Virus record (IMG/VR): IMGVR_UViG_3300045988_081432
Location: 16,198 to 80,197 of that record
Length of the DNA stretch: 64,000 nucleotides
Direction: 5' to 3' (one strand)
From: a virus
The notes beneath the pieces were generated by a model. It was not told the origin of the DNA, made no database searches, and saw nothing but the letters and a program-made list of their open reading frames with translations. Shown piece by piece: positions 28,118 through 39,800 of this stretch (within the stretch, counting starts at the first letter, position 1; every line of letters begins with the position of its first letter). Position numbers and translations under genes: made by a program.

Positions 28118-29355
28118 ATGGCGCAATCTCAAAGTGATATTTTTAGTTTTCTAATTACACCTGAATTTGATACCAAAGGTGTCACTGACAGCGGAAAATA
28201 TCTTGAAGAAGAAGTCAAGCAGATAGCAGAAAAGATATCAAATCAGATTAGCGAAGTCATGGGGAGGGGCTTTTCTTTCCCGAAAAATTTCAAAAAAGAT
28301 GATATCAACGAAGTCACAAAACTAGTTGAAAGTTTAGGTGGCAGTGTAAAAAGAACTGGCGAATATATTACATCGTCTTTTAAGGATGCAAGCGGAACAA
28401 CTGTAACGCTAAAGCAAAATTTAAAAGACGCAATAGATGTAGCAGAAGCAGAAAGCCTAAAGGCTGCCAAAAATATTCAAGAAGTAATCAACATAAGAAA
28501 AGAGTTTGAACAACTAAGAACTTCTACCGCTACATATTCTGGCGCAGAGCAAACCAAAGAGCAAAATCAACTTGAACAAAATATTATAAAAAGTATCGAA
28601 GAACAATATAATTACCGACTAAAAATTATTGATGCTCAGAATAGTGGCAACAAAATTCAAGAGAACTATTATACAGAGCTTTTAAATATTGCAAAAGGCG
28701 AAGAACAGGTATACACAATTCAATATAACGGTTCTCAGAATAATATAAAATTTAAAAAACAAGAACTTGCACAAGAAGAACGACTCTATCAAAAAAAATC
28801 TGATTCTGTAAAACAAGAAAATGAACTCGTTAATGCTATTAAACAGTATGCAAAACAATATCAGACTGTCAAGCAATTAGAGAGCAAAGGTCAACAAAAC
28901 ACTCAGGCTTATACTGATGCTAAAAATGCTTTACAGCAGCTAACAAATACTTTAACAACGTATGGTGTTAAAGTTGTAACAAGCTCCGACGGTACAACAA
29001 AACTTGTAGCACAACAAAATTCAATGGCTGACAGCTCCAATAAGGTCAAAACAGCGTTGGACAATGCCAATGGCAGTTTAGCAAAAGCTGATACTGCACA
29101 AAATTCCATATCGAAATCTATTCAGTCTAGTGTAGAGAATTTTATTAAATATCAGGTGGTTATGGAAGCCATCAACAAAATCACTAGCGAATTTACATCT
29201 GCAATTTATGATATGAACCAAGCCATGACACAAGTTCGTATGGTTACAATGGGTAGCTATGAAGATACTGTAGCATTGGCTGATAGTTATACTAAATTGG
29301 CAAAGCAACTTGGTACTACTACGACCACGGTTGCAGAAGGCGCAGATGCTTGGCT
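28118..29355 (+). CDS. tape measure protein, exon 1
   Basis: Coiled-coil N-terminus. The conserved TMP core begins at ...LAKQLGTTTTTVAEGADAWL, after which the frame breaks. Confidence 0.8.
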
Positions 29356-29723
29356 TAAATGTCTAGGTCAAGTAAAATCTCTCTAATTGCTGGAAAGTCC
29401 TTAGAGCTTTGATAACCAAGTTATTATAGTGATATAATAATGGCTGAACTAATCATTCAGGCATGGTAAAATAATCGAAGATTGGATAATCAGCAGCCAA
29501 GATTCTTAAATATTTATAATAAAGCTATTAAAATATTTCAATAGATATGATATAATATTTAAGAATAAGGTTCATCGACTAATTGTAAGGGCAAGTGCTC
29601 TGAAACGGGAGATACCTTGTTAAATTTAACAGATAAAGATATAGTCAGAACTTATGTAGAAATACATAGAAAATCCTATATGGAATCTTTTGATAAGTGG
29701 CGATTATTAAGAGTAACAAATTG
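29356..29723 (+). ncRNA. group I intron without an ORF in the tape-measure gene
   Basis: P1 pairs exon UGGCUU (29351-29356) with AGGUCA (29365-29370), placing U29355-G29366 as the wobble at the splice site. Omega-G is G29723. P7 pairs GACUA (29577-29581) with UAGUC (29642-29646), preceded by AAGAUA. This matches the Tetrahymena-type J8/7-P7 core. Confidence 0.75.
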
Positions 29724-30299
29724 AAGACAGGGTTATAATGCTCAAGAAGCAATGGAGATGCTAAAGCAGTCAACTACGTTGGCTGTTGTTGGTCAATTGG
29801 ACGCAGCTTCTAGCACTGACCAACTTACGGCAATCACAAAATCCTATAATGTAGCTGTAGAAGATACAAGCAAAATCGTAGATAAACTTGTTGCGGTTGA
29901 CTTAAATTATGCCGCTAGTACAGGTGAAATCTCTACAGCATTACAAAAAGTCGCTAGTTCTGCTGGACAGGCAGGGTTAGGGCTTGATAAACTAATCGGT
30001 CTAATTACAATTTCCGAGGAAAAGACTCGACAAGCGCCAGAAGTTATTGGTTCCGCTTGGCAGAGTATTATCGCGCGTATAGGTAAAATCACAGCAAAAG
30101 TAGATTTAGATGACCTTGTTGATGAAAATGGCAAGGTTGTGGCTACAATTAACGATGCTGATAAAGTTTTATCTAAATATGGTATCAATTTAGTTGACAC
30201 TAGTGGTAAAATGAGAGACATGGGAACCATTATGGACGAAATCGGTGCTAAATGGGGTCAAATGTCTACTCTTGAACAAAACCAGTTGGCTTATGTGGT
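29724..30299 (+). CDS. tape measure protein, exon 2
   Basis: The frame is open from 29725, upstream of the track Met at 29752. The spliced sequence reads ...ADAWL-RQGYNAQEAMEMLKQSTTLAVVGQLD..., which is the TMP core. Confidence 0.8.
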
Positions 30300-31335
30300 T
30301 TTAAGTAGCCACAATACGAAGTAATTCGTAGGTGTTTATAACACTACAACATTCCTATATCGGTGAACCCTAAGTTTGTACAAATAAGGGAATACCGAGA
30401 TAATTTTATTATGAAGGATGGTGGAAAAGGAATGGATTTTTATTCCTTGTCACAAGATGAAGTTTCAGTTATTTTAGGTGGGTTGCTTGGCGATTCATGT
30501 TATAAAAAACGAGATAACGTCATCGTATTTTCTCACTCAGCAAAACAAAAAGAATATTTGTCTTGGAAACATGATATATTATCAGATATCTCGTCTGATA
30601 TTCGCACAAGAGTAGTAGGAAAATCTATTATTACAGATGAAGAATTGGTTAATGTGTCATTTTCTACAAAAACAAATAAAAAATATCACTCCGATTATAA
30701 CTCTATAAGAACCCTAATATTTTCCAACGGTAAAAAAACAGTCAATAGAAAATGGCTTAATATGCTCACACCTTTATCATTGGCCGTTTGGTGGATGGAC
30801 GATGGGTGCTTGTCCGTTCATAAGAAAAAAGATGGCGCTATTTCAAGATTTGGTAAATTAAGTACAAATGGATTCTCATACGAAGAGCAAAAAATTATGA
30901 AGGATTATTTCAAGACGGTTTGGGATATTGATGTAAAAATAACCCCAGAAAAGGGAAATTATTTCTTGAGATTTACAGTCCCGAACTTAAAAAAACTATT
31001 CTTAATTATATATCCATTTGTAATGCAAGTGCCAGACATGATTTATAAGATAAATATGAAATATAAACTAGAAAAACTGAGTGATGACGACGAGTATAAA
31101 GTAATACAAACTATTATATACGATACTCTCGATAATAAAAAATCGTAACGACTAAACGAGGAATGCTCCTTATATCAAACACATCTCTTATTGTTGGGAT
31201 GTGTTTTGTTGTATAAGGATGAAAATATAGTCTGAACTATAAGGAAACTTATAGAAGAGCGGTCAAGTGTAAAGACACTTTTAAGGAGAACCGTTCTCGC
31301 CTATTTTAATAATAGGTCACAAAAGTAACAGATTG
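30300..31335 (+). mobile_element. group I intron carrying a LAGLIDADG homing endonuclease
   Basis: P1 pairs exon UGUGGU (30294-30299) with GCCACA (30308-30313), with U30299-G30308 as the wobble. Omega-G is G31335. P7 pairs GACUA (31150-31154) with UAGUC (31228-31232), preceded by AAAAUA. An internal ORF lies at 30363..31148. Confidence 0.75.
30363..31148 (+). CDS. double-motif LAGLIDADG homing endonuclease (intron-encoded)
   Basis: Two motifs are present, ILGGLLGDSCY and AVWWMDDGCL. The start may be an internal ATG near 30412. Confidence 0.8.
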   Translation: MNPKFVQIREYRDNFIMKDGGKGMDFYSLSQDEVSVILGGLLGDSCYKKRDNVIVFSHSAKQKEYLSWKHDILSDISSDIRTRVVGKSIITDEELVNVSFSTKTNKKYHSDYNSIRTLIFSNGKKTVNRKWLNMLTPLSLAVWWMDDGCLSVHKKKDGAISRFGKLSTNGFSYEEQKIMKDYFKTVWDIDVKITPEKGNYFLRFTVPNLKKLFLIIYPFVMQVPDMIYKINMKYKLEKLSDDDEYKVIQTIIYDTLDNKKS

Positions 31336-34300
31336 GGCAGGCGTAAGACAGAGAAACGTATTTATTGCAGCTATGGAAGATTACAATAAAGTCTTGGAAG
31401 CAACTAGTGTTGCAGAAAATGCAAACGGTGTTGCTGCTGAAAAAATGACGGTTTACAATGAATCTCTTGAAGCTGCACAAAATAGATTAACCGCAAGTGT
31501 TCAACAATTTGCACAGGATTCTAACCTTGATAGAACCCTTGCATTAGCATACGACGGTTTGTCAAAAGTCGTAGAAATTCTAAATATTCTACTAAATAAA
31601 ATTCCAGTTCTATCACCAATGATTAAAGCACTAGGGGCTGCTCTAGCAACAGCTTTCGTAGGTAATATGCTTAAAAATATATGGGAGACTTCCAATTTAA
31701 TTGGGCAACTTCCAAGTCTTGCGGCAACTGCCACAAGTGCGATTGGGGCGCTAAATACAACATTATTTACAATGGGTTCTGTTGCAGTACCAATATGGGG
31801 TGTGGTAGCGGCCATTACCGCCATTGGAGCTGTTGCGAAAGTAGCATGGAACGCTTGGAAAGATGCTCAACCAGAGGCGCAAGTCAAAAAAGCAAACGAA
31901 GCCCTGCAAGAGAGCCAACAGAGTCTTGATGAGACAAATAATAAAATAACTGAAATTAACAAACAAATCTCAGAAATCAACTCTAAAGGTACTTTAACCT
32001 TAGCAGATGAGCAACAAAAAGAGAACCTTCAAGGGCAACTTGATGTTCTAAAAGAAATTCAGAAAACGCAAAATGATGTTAATGAGGCGAATAAAGCCGT
32101 ATCAAAAGAAAAAACTCAGGAAGAGATTAAATCAAGATATGGTGATAATAAGTCTGTTGAAGAATATCAGTCTTCTTTTGTAGGTATTGCACCGAAACTT
32201 TATGACACAGAATCAGCAAGCGTCAATCAACTCCTTGCAAATATTGCCCAGCTAAACAAAGAAAAACAAAATCTCGATAAAACAGATGAGAATTATGCGA
32301 CTAGGTTACAACAACTTAATTCTCAGATGGACGCTCAAACACTTGCTTTACAAAATCAGAAATTAACAATTCTTCAAGATATGCAAACTTTACAAAATCT
32401 TGGGGATACAAGTTCTGATGTGTATAAGATACTTCAAGAGCAACTTGACACGGTTAACCTAGCGCTTGACCCGTCTAATTTTGAAACGATTAAAGTCCAA
32501 AATTTAATTGACACTTCTGGTATTTCTGATAAGTTACAAGAAGCTGTTCAAGACGGTGGAGAAGCTGGGCAAAAAACAGCAAAAGAGTATGCAAATAAAT
32601 TTGCACAACAAATTCTAAATTCTGATGATTCTATAAAAGCAGCTTGGGCGCAAGCTATGAATATTGATGTCAATGACTTAAACATTGACAATTTAACGCA
32701 AGAACTCCTTACGAAGTTCCAGCAAATGTATGGGCAAGTTAATCAAGCAATATTTGAATTAACTTCCGAACAGGTTGCAGACTGGACTACCGAGGCAACA
32801 AATGCTCTCGTTACTCAAGACGAGGCAATGAAGGATTACATTTCTACCGTTGCAAATGTCACAGAGAAACAAGAGATTCTAAATACGGCGTATAGCGAAA
32901 TGAAAGAAAAGGGCGAACTTAGTGTCGCCACAGTTCAGAAGCTAATTAAGCAAGAACCGTCTCTTGTTAGTGCGCTTACTGTAGAAAACGGGCATATCAG
33001 AATAAATATTGATTCTCTTCAAGATTTATCAAATGGTTATTTTGATACAGCTATTGAAACAAAAAAACAACAAATAACACAAACGCAGTCTGTGATTGAT
33101 GAAACAAAAAAAAGAATAGAAGCAATAAACCAAGAAATGATTGCTCTTGGTAAGCTTATCAAAAAAAGAATAGAAGCAGGAGAAAAGGTCTCTGCGACAG
33201 ATTTAGACACATATCGTGGACAGCAAAAAACAAAATACTATCTTGAACAACAAGGAAAGCAAGCGCAAGAGACTCAGGACGATTTACAAGAACAATTAGA
33301 TGCTTTAACAAAATTACAAGAAGCTGGACTAACTTATACACCTTCAAAAGGCAAGTCTTCTGGGAAATCTGCCGCTGACAAAGCTGCAAAAGACTTTGAG
33401 AACGCAATCAAAGAAAAAATCAAAAACCTAAAGAGCATCGTAGAACTATATTCTGAACGAACTGATTGGGACGACCCCACTGTTATTCAGGAATTTACGA
33501 ATGATTACAACAACCTCTTTGACGAAGTAATAAACAATCCAAAAGCAAGGAAAATCTTAGCCGATTCTTTCAATTTGGATATTAGTGAAATGTCCGACGA
33601 AAAAGCAATTGAGGCTTTAACTGCTCTTTGGAAGAAACAAGCTGGAACTATAGATGAGGCAAGACAGAAACTTCAAGACAATTACTTAAAAGGCATTCAA
33701 GATGCCGCTAAAGCCGAGAAAGAGCAGTTTGATGAAGCTAAAAAGCAGATTGAAGAACTAAATAAGATGACCACCAACATGATTAAGACTTATGTTGGTC
33801 TGCTTGAAAAGGCTGGTAATCTTGTTTTTAGTATTCTTGAAAAGGTCTCTGACAGATATGATAAACAGATAGATAATCTTGATAAAATCATGGATGGTCT
33901 TGATGACCAGAAAGATGCTTTTGATGACAAGATTGATGCTCAAAAAGAATATCTACAGCTTCAAAAAGAAGAGATGGATAATGAGGACAAGCTTGCCGAA
34001 AAGACAAAATCTATCGCTGATATTGATGCACGTCTAATTGAGTTACAATACGACGACTCTGCCGCTGCGCAAGCTGAACGTCTAAAACTTCTTGACCAGA
34101 GAGCAGAAGCAGAGAAAGACCTTAAAGACCTACAGGCTGAACAAGCCTACGATTCTCAGATAAACGCTCTAGACGCTCAGAAGAAGCAGTTCGACAAAGA
34201 TATTGAAGCTCAAAAGAAAGCCCTAGAAGAGCAGAAAAAGGCACTAGAAGAGTCTCAGACAAAATTTGAGAATACTCTGAACAAAATAAAATCTGGATTT

Positions 34301-35824
34301 GATGGTTTTATCAAAGTTCTGAATAGTGATATATTCCAAAATCTCGCTGCTAACTTGTTAAATAGCATAGATGGCGACACTCTAAAACAAGCTCTTTATT
34401 CTTGGAATAGACTATTTGGTTCTGGTATTGATGCCGATGTTACAAATACATTACAGGCATACGGTACTGCTGGGAAATATGGGTGGACTCCCGGTAAAAA
34501 TATGCAAGATTTCTTGAATATGTTTACTCAAGGCTCTAACACCCAACAACAAATCCTTGACCAAGTAGAACAGGCCATTTCTTCTAATAAGGCTGGCAAT
34601 CTTGATATTTCTGGATATAAAAATAACATAGATTTCTTGAACAAGTCTTGGGACTCTTTTAAGCAAAATGCTATTGATAGCGTTACTCAAGTTGGTGAGA
34701 GTTCTCAATCCATTGTTAAGAACCTCTGGGATTTCGGCAACAAAATGCTTAATCAAGAATCTGCTTCTGGCAGTGGTGTTGTACGAACTATCGCAAAGGG
34801 TATTTCCACCACTATAAAAAGTGGTAAAAAGGGAATATCTACATTTCTGCAACAAGGCATTCAGGCTAACCAAGCTCTAGGCATTAGCGGGCAGGGTATA
34901 CTATCTCAAGTTGGTAACTTTGCACAAAATATCATGAAGCTTGTCGGAGGTTCTGGCGGTGGCATCTTAAAAACTACAATACAGTTCGGCAGTACACTAT
35001 TAGGCAAAATTAGTGGAACCTCTTTGAGCTTAGCAAAGGGAATTACAACGGTTGGTGGAAATGGTATTGCTACTATCGGCAATTTAGGAGTACAAGTTCT
35101 TAAATCTCTGTCTGGTGTGGCAACTAGCATTTTTGGAAGTAGCGCTACCGCAGGGATTACTAGCATGATACCAACACTAGGTTCTGCCGCAGGAGGTCTT
35201 GGTAGTGCCGCTGGGTTACTCGGTCTTGGGGCAAAAGGTGGCCTTATCGGATTAGCTGTGGCTGGTGGAGCTATTCTTTCAAGTGGTATCAAATCTAATC
35301 TTAAAAATCTTTGGGGGTCTAACTTACCAACATGGAAGAAAGTTACTGGAACCGCACTTAATTTCCTCACTCCGGCGGGCTGGTTCTCAGGTTTTAAAAA
35401 CCTCCTTTTTGGTCGTCACCACTCTGGTGCTGATTACGTCAAAAAACAAAACCCCACATTGGATAAGATGCTTGGGTTAGGGAGTGACGAAACTGTTTCT
35501 ATCCTAAAAGTCGGTGAAGCAGTTGTACCTACATGGGCAAATAACGCTAGTAGTTCAGCTTCTAACAGTAACTACACTGGCGCTGCAACTCAAGCTGTAA
35601 GAGCCGCCCAGCAAGCTTCCAGAATATCTTCTTCCGTTAACAATAGTAACAGCTCTGTGGTGAATACAATATCTATTCCTATTAATATTCAGGGCAACGC
35701 AGATGAATCTACTGTTAAATTGTTGAGAGAAGAGTCGGATAAAATTGCTAAAATGGTTTTCAAACAAATAAATAAACAAACAAATATGAGTGGATACAGA
35801 AATATACGAGCCGCAACAATTTGA
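31336..35824 (+). CDS. tape measure protein, exon 3
   Basis: The frame is open from 31316. The spliced sequence reads ...NQLAYVV-AGVRQRNVFIAAMEDYN... It has long coiled coils and a Gly/Ser/Ala-rich hydrophobic C-terminal part. The three exons sum to 6303 nt, or 2100 codons plus stop. Confidence 0.85.
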
Positions 35825-35883
35825 TAATATGCCGATACTATTAAATATTATTTAACAAGTCGGCAATGAAGAGAGGTGAGTTT

Positions 35884-36819
35884 ATGATTGGTGGTTATCA
35901 ATTTATGTTCAACGGAAGGAGAAGCGAAGATTACCATGTTTCTATGGTCATGATAGATAATTCTTATACGAACAGGGTGTCAGGTGGAGACAAACAGGTT
36001 GTAACAGCTTCCATCCGTAGAAATCCGCAAAAGCAGTATTTAGATACCGAATACTCAGATGTATTGCAATTTAACATAGAAATTATTTTCAACGAAGATA
36101 AAGCAGTAGATATTTACCGACTAACAGACTTAAAAAATTGGTTATCCTCTCCTGTCGGATACGAAGAGCTTCAAATTTGTGCAGAAAATTTTGATAGGTT
36201 TTATTACAACTGCGTTATCCACCTCAAAGAAGACCTGATTTACGCTGACGGGTATCGAGGGGTGTCTGCCACCGTAGAATGCGATGCCCCGTATGCCTAT
36301 GAATTTGAAACCGTATTAAAATATAGTTTGAACCCAGATGTTTCTAAATCAGACACTTTTGTATTTAGTAATTACTCTGATGATTTTGAATTGATGAGTC
36401 CAAAACTACAATTTCACATGGCAGAAGATGGGAATTTTAGTATAAATGTAAAACACTACAGCGAAAATAAATATATGATAAATTATAAGAATAATATTAT
36501 ACTAAATAATGTTTCTTATAACAAATGTATTGTTTACTGTAGGATGAACCAGATTCCCGTAAGTGCTATCGAAAAAGCGTTAGACTATGATGTTACAACC
36601 AATTTTTCTCATTTGAATAAAAACGATATTGTGTATTTAGATAATAAAAATTATATTATAATATTAAATGAAGACCCGTCATCTGATATTTTTTCTAAAT
36701 TCAATAAAAAGTTTTTTAAGCTACCACGAGGTATGAATACAATAACCGTATATGGTAAGGCTGATTATATGTATATGGCATACCAAAATGCCAAGCGGTT
36801 AGGAGGGAGTTACTATTAA
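35884..36819 (+). CDS. distal tail protein (Dit), call based on position
   Basis: ATG 35884 follows GAGGTGA; the track starts at 35866. It lies immediately after the tape measure. The N-terminus is MIGGYQFMFNGRRSEDYHV. Confidence 0.5.
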   Translation: MIGGYQFMFNGRRSEDYHVSMVMIDNSYTNRVSGGDKQVVTASIRRNPQKQYLDTEYSDVLQFNIEIIFNEDKAVDIYRLTDLKNWLSSPVGYEELQICAENFDRFYYNCVIHLKEDLIYADGYRGVSATVECDAPYAYEFETVLKYSLNPDVSKSDTFVFSNYSDDFELMSPKLQFHMAEDGNFSINVKHYSENKYMINYKNNIILNNVSYNKCIVYCRMNQIPVSAIEKALDYDVTTNFSHLNKNDIVYLDNKNYIIILNEDPSSDIFSKFNKKFFKLPRGMNTITVYGKADYMYMAYQNAKRLGGSYY

Positions 36820-39800
36820 ATTTGATTTTGATTTAAATAACAGATATAAGTATCCATATATTGAATTATGCAATCCAGATAAAACCGTAATCGGAATAGT
36901 TTCTGGAATTACCGATTTGGTAATCTCTCCAAAATGGGGGTCTTGCTCAGAGGTATCATTTACTGCATACGAAAAATATAATGACGTTGAAAATAATAGT
37001 TATGGACTTCTATGCAAGAGTAGGCTCCTTCATATAGATGGCTTTGGATATTTCGTAATTAAAGATTATAGTGAGTCTTGTGAGAACAAGGTTCATAACA
37101 AATCAATTACTGCATATTCTGCGGAGTACTTGTTGAACAATAAAAGCGTCAATCTTACGTTTGTCACAACTGCTGGCGACATTAACAATACAGATAGCAC
37201 AACAATTACAACAAGCAATTATTTCTTTTATAGAGAAGAACAGCCTGAAAAGTCTTTGCTTCATCAGCTAATTTCAGTGGCTCCGCAATGGACAATCGGT
37301 TATGTAAGTGACTCTTTGAAAAATAAATCGCGGTCTTTTAGCGAAACAGATAACGGCCTATATGGGTTTCTTACAAACGATGTGGCTCAATCTTACGAAG
37401 CCTTATTTGTATTTGACAATGAAGAGTATACTATAAATGCATACGACCCATCAGAAGTAATTAAGCAAACCAATATCGTATTATCTTTTGATAACCTGTT
37501 AAAAAACGCGACCATTACCGAAATGTCGGATGATATTTATACTGTACTAAATGTAACCGGAGCAGAAGATTTAAGCATTCGGAAGGTTAACCCGAATGGT
37601 ACAAAAAAAATATATTGTCTAGATTATTACACTGGTACTCTTGATAAAAACGCAGACAACTATTATGAAAATTATAATAGTTGGATTAAAGATAATGCCT
37701 TAAAGAAAAAAATTCTTGACTGGGAAAAGAGTTGCAAAGAGGCAATTCATGATACCAGTGAAGGTTCTTATGCCTATTGGACAGAACTGCATAAGAAATT
37801 TAATGCCTCTTTAATAAATGAGCAAGCAAAATTAAAAGAAATGCAAACTTATTGTGACATTGCGAAACAGAATATGTCTGCTTATTCAGATTACAGTGAT
37901 ATTTATAGCGAGTATGTAACCATACAAAGAGTTACAATTCTAGGAAATGTAAGGACAAAAACTGTAACCTATCAGAAATGGGTAGACGTTTATTCCCATA
38001 GTAGCAAAAATTGGGAAATTGTTGATTACGGCAATGTTAGCGCTATGTGTATTCCAAATACTAATGTTACGTGGTATTCTTATTGGAAAAATTATGCAAA
38101 AGGGTTGGAGTACAATATCAAAGCCGAAGAAGAGTCTCATATCTTAAATGGCTCCCCAATTAATGTAACATTCCATTCATTTAACAAAACAGATTTTGAA
38201 CTGGGCGAAAACGGCTCTTATCCGGTTAATAAAGAATATTCGCAAACCAGTAATTTTGACTATATATCTTCTCATCCTAAAGGTGATATATACAGTGCCG
38301 CCGTAAAAAATCATAGTATTACCCCAGAAAGCCCTGCAATAAAATATACGATATTGGCTCTAAAAGACGAGCTTAAATTAATTCAAAACGAACGTGATAA
38401 AATTGTGTCTCAGTTTTCTTTTGAATCAAATTTTACCGAAGAAGAAAAAATTGCTATTGAGCCATATTTAATCGAAGGGACATTTAGCGACGAAACTTTT
38501 ATAGTTACAGATAGCATGGAAGTCAAAGACTATTCCGATACATCAACAAAGGTACAGGTAATTGATGCAAATGGAAACATCTCCGTTAAAACTATTGGAG
38601 AGTTAAAAGACACAGATACTATTATGGATGACATTTATGTAGCCAATCAACTTGTTGATGCAGGATATAAAAAACTGGAAATCGTTAGCCAACCAAGTTT
38701 CTCTTTTTCTCTTGAAAGTGCGAACTTTTTATTTATAGAAAAATTCAAACCATTTATTGACCAACTTCTCTCCCTTGAAAAAGAAAAAGGAAGTTTGTTT
38801 GGAGCGATTATAAATGTAGAATTAGATAATGGTAATTGGGTTTATCCATATCTACAAGAAATGGAAATTCAATATGATGACCCCGATAATTTTACAATGA
38901 GTTTTGGTAACAGATTTAGGCTGTCCACAGAAACTTATACTTTTAGCGAATTACACAACGCAACTACAAATGCCGTGTCGAATGTTTCTTCGCTATTATC
39001 TTCTGTATCTCAACCTGTAACAAATGGTACAATTGATGCCATTTCTGCTTATACCAATACCAATCTTAATTTAACCAAGCAGACCATTGTTGCTACGGAC
39101 GAGAATGACTTTACTATTGGCTCATACGGTATTATGGGTAAAAAGAAATCTACCGCTGAAAACAATGTAGATGGCTTCGACCCTGAACAACTATGGATAA
39201 CAAATAATAAGATTTGTTTTACTACAGACGGATGGGAAACTACAGAGTCGGTATTTGGCAAAATAACTAACGAGGACGGTAGTACAACCTATGGATTAAT
39301 TGCCGATACTCTTATTGGAAATTTGATTATGGGTAAAAACCTAATTATTCAAAATAGTGGAGAGACTATGACCGTGGACGAGGATGGCCTTACTGTTAAA
39401 AATGATAGCACTGGTGTCAGTATTGACCCAAATGCAGAAAGTGTATTTAATATCTATAAAAGAAAGGTCATAGAAAGCCCCGATGAAGAAGATGAAGATG
39501 TACTAGAAGAAAGAAGCTCCGTTTTGACTGTGGATGAAAATGGAAACCTAACTATTTATGGTGGTGTTTTACAAGTTGGTGACGGTAAAAGTTTAGGTTA
39601 CATAATCGACGGAACTACTGGTACTATTAAATCTATCAAAACCGTAGAAAATTCTGACACTCCGTTATTTGAACTTACACCAGACGGATATCTATTTACT
39701 TCTGGCACGACTATTAACGGAGAAGAAACCGTAGACCCTCCCTCAGTTGTCACCCCGAGTGGTACAAACGGCATTGTGAATCGTCAAGATATTACAATGC

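Noticed and set aside
34906-35370. The antisense ORF within tape-measure exon 3 (154 aa, Pro/Ala-rich). Similar cases are 31501..31824, 34451..34873 and 43765..44199.
   Set aside because: These are mirror-frame artefacts of Gly/Ser/Ala-rich or GC-richer coding regions. They have no start context and contradict the operon direction.
29752-35824. Track ORFs 29752..30324 and 31373..35824 treated as independent genes.
   Set aside because: Both are open upstream of their first Met. They continue conserved tape-measure sequence once the two introns are removed, and the exon lengths sum to a multiple of three.
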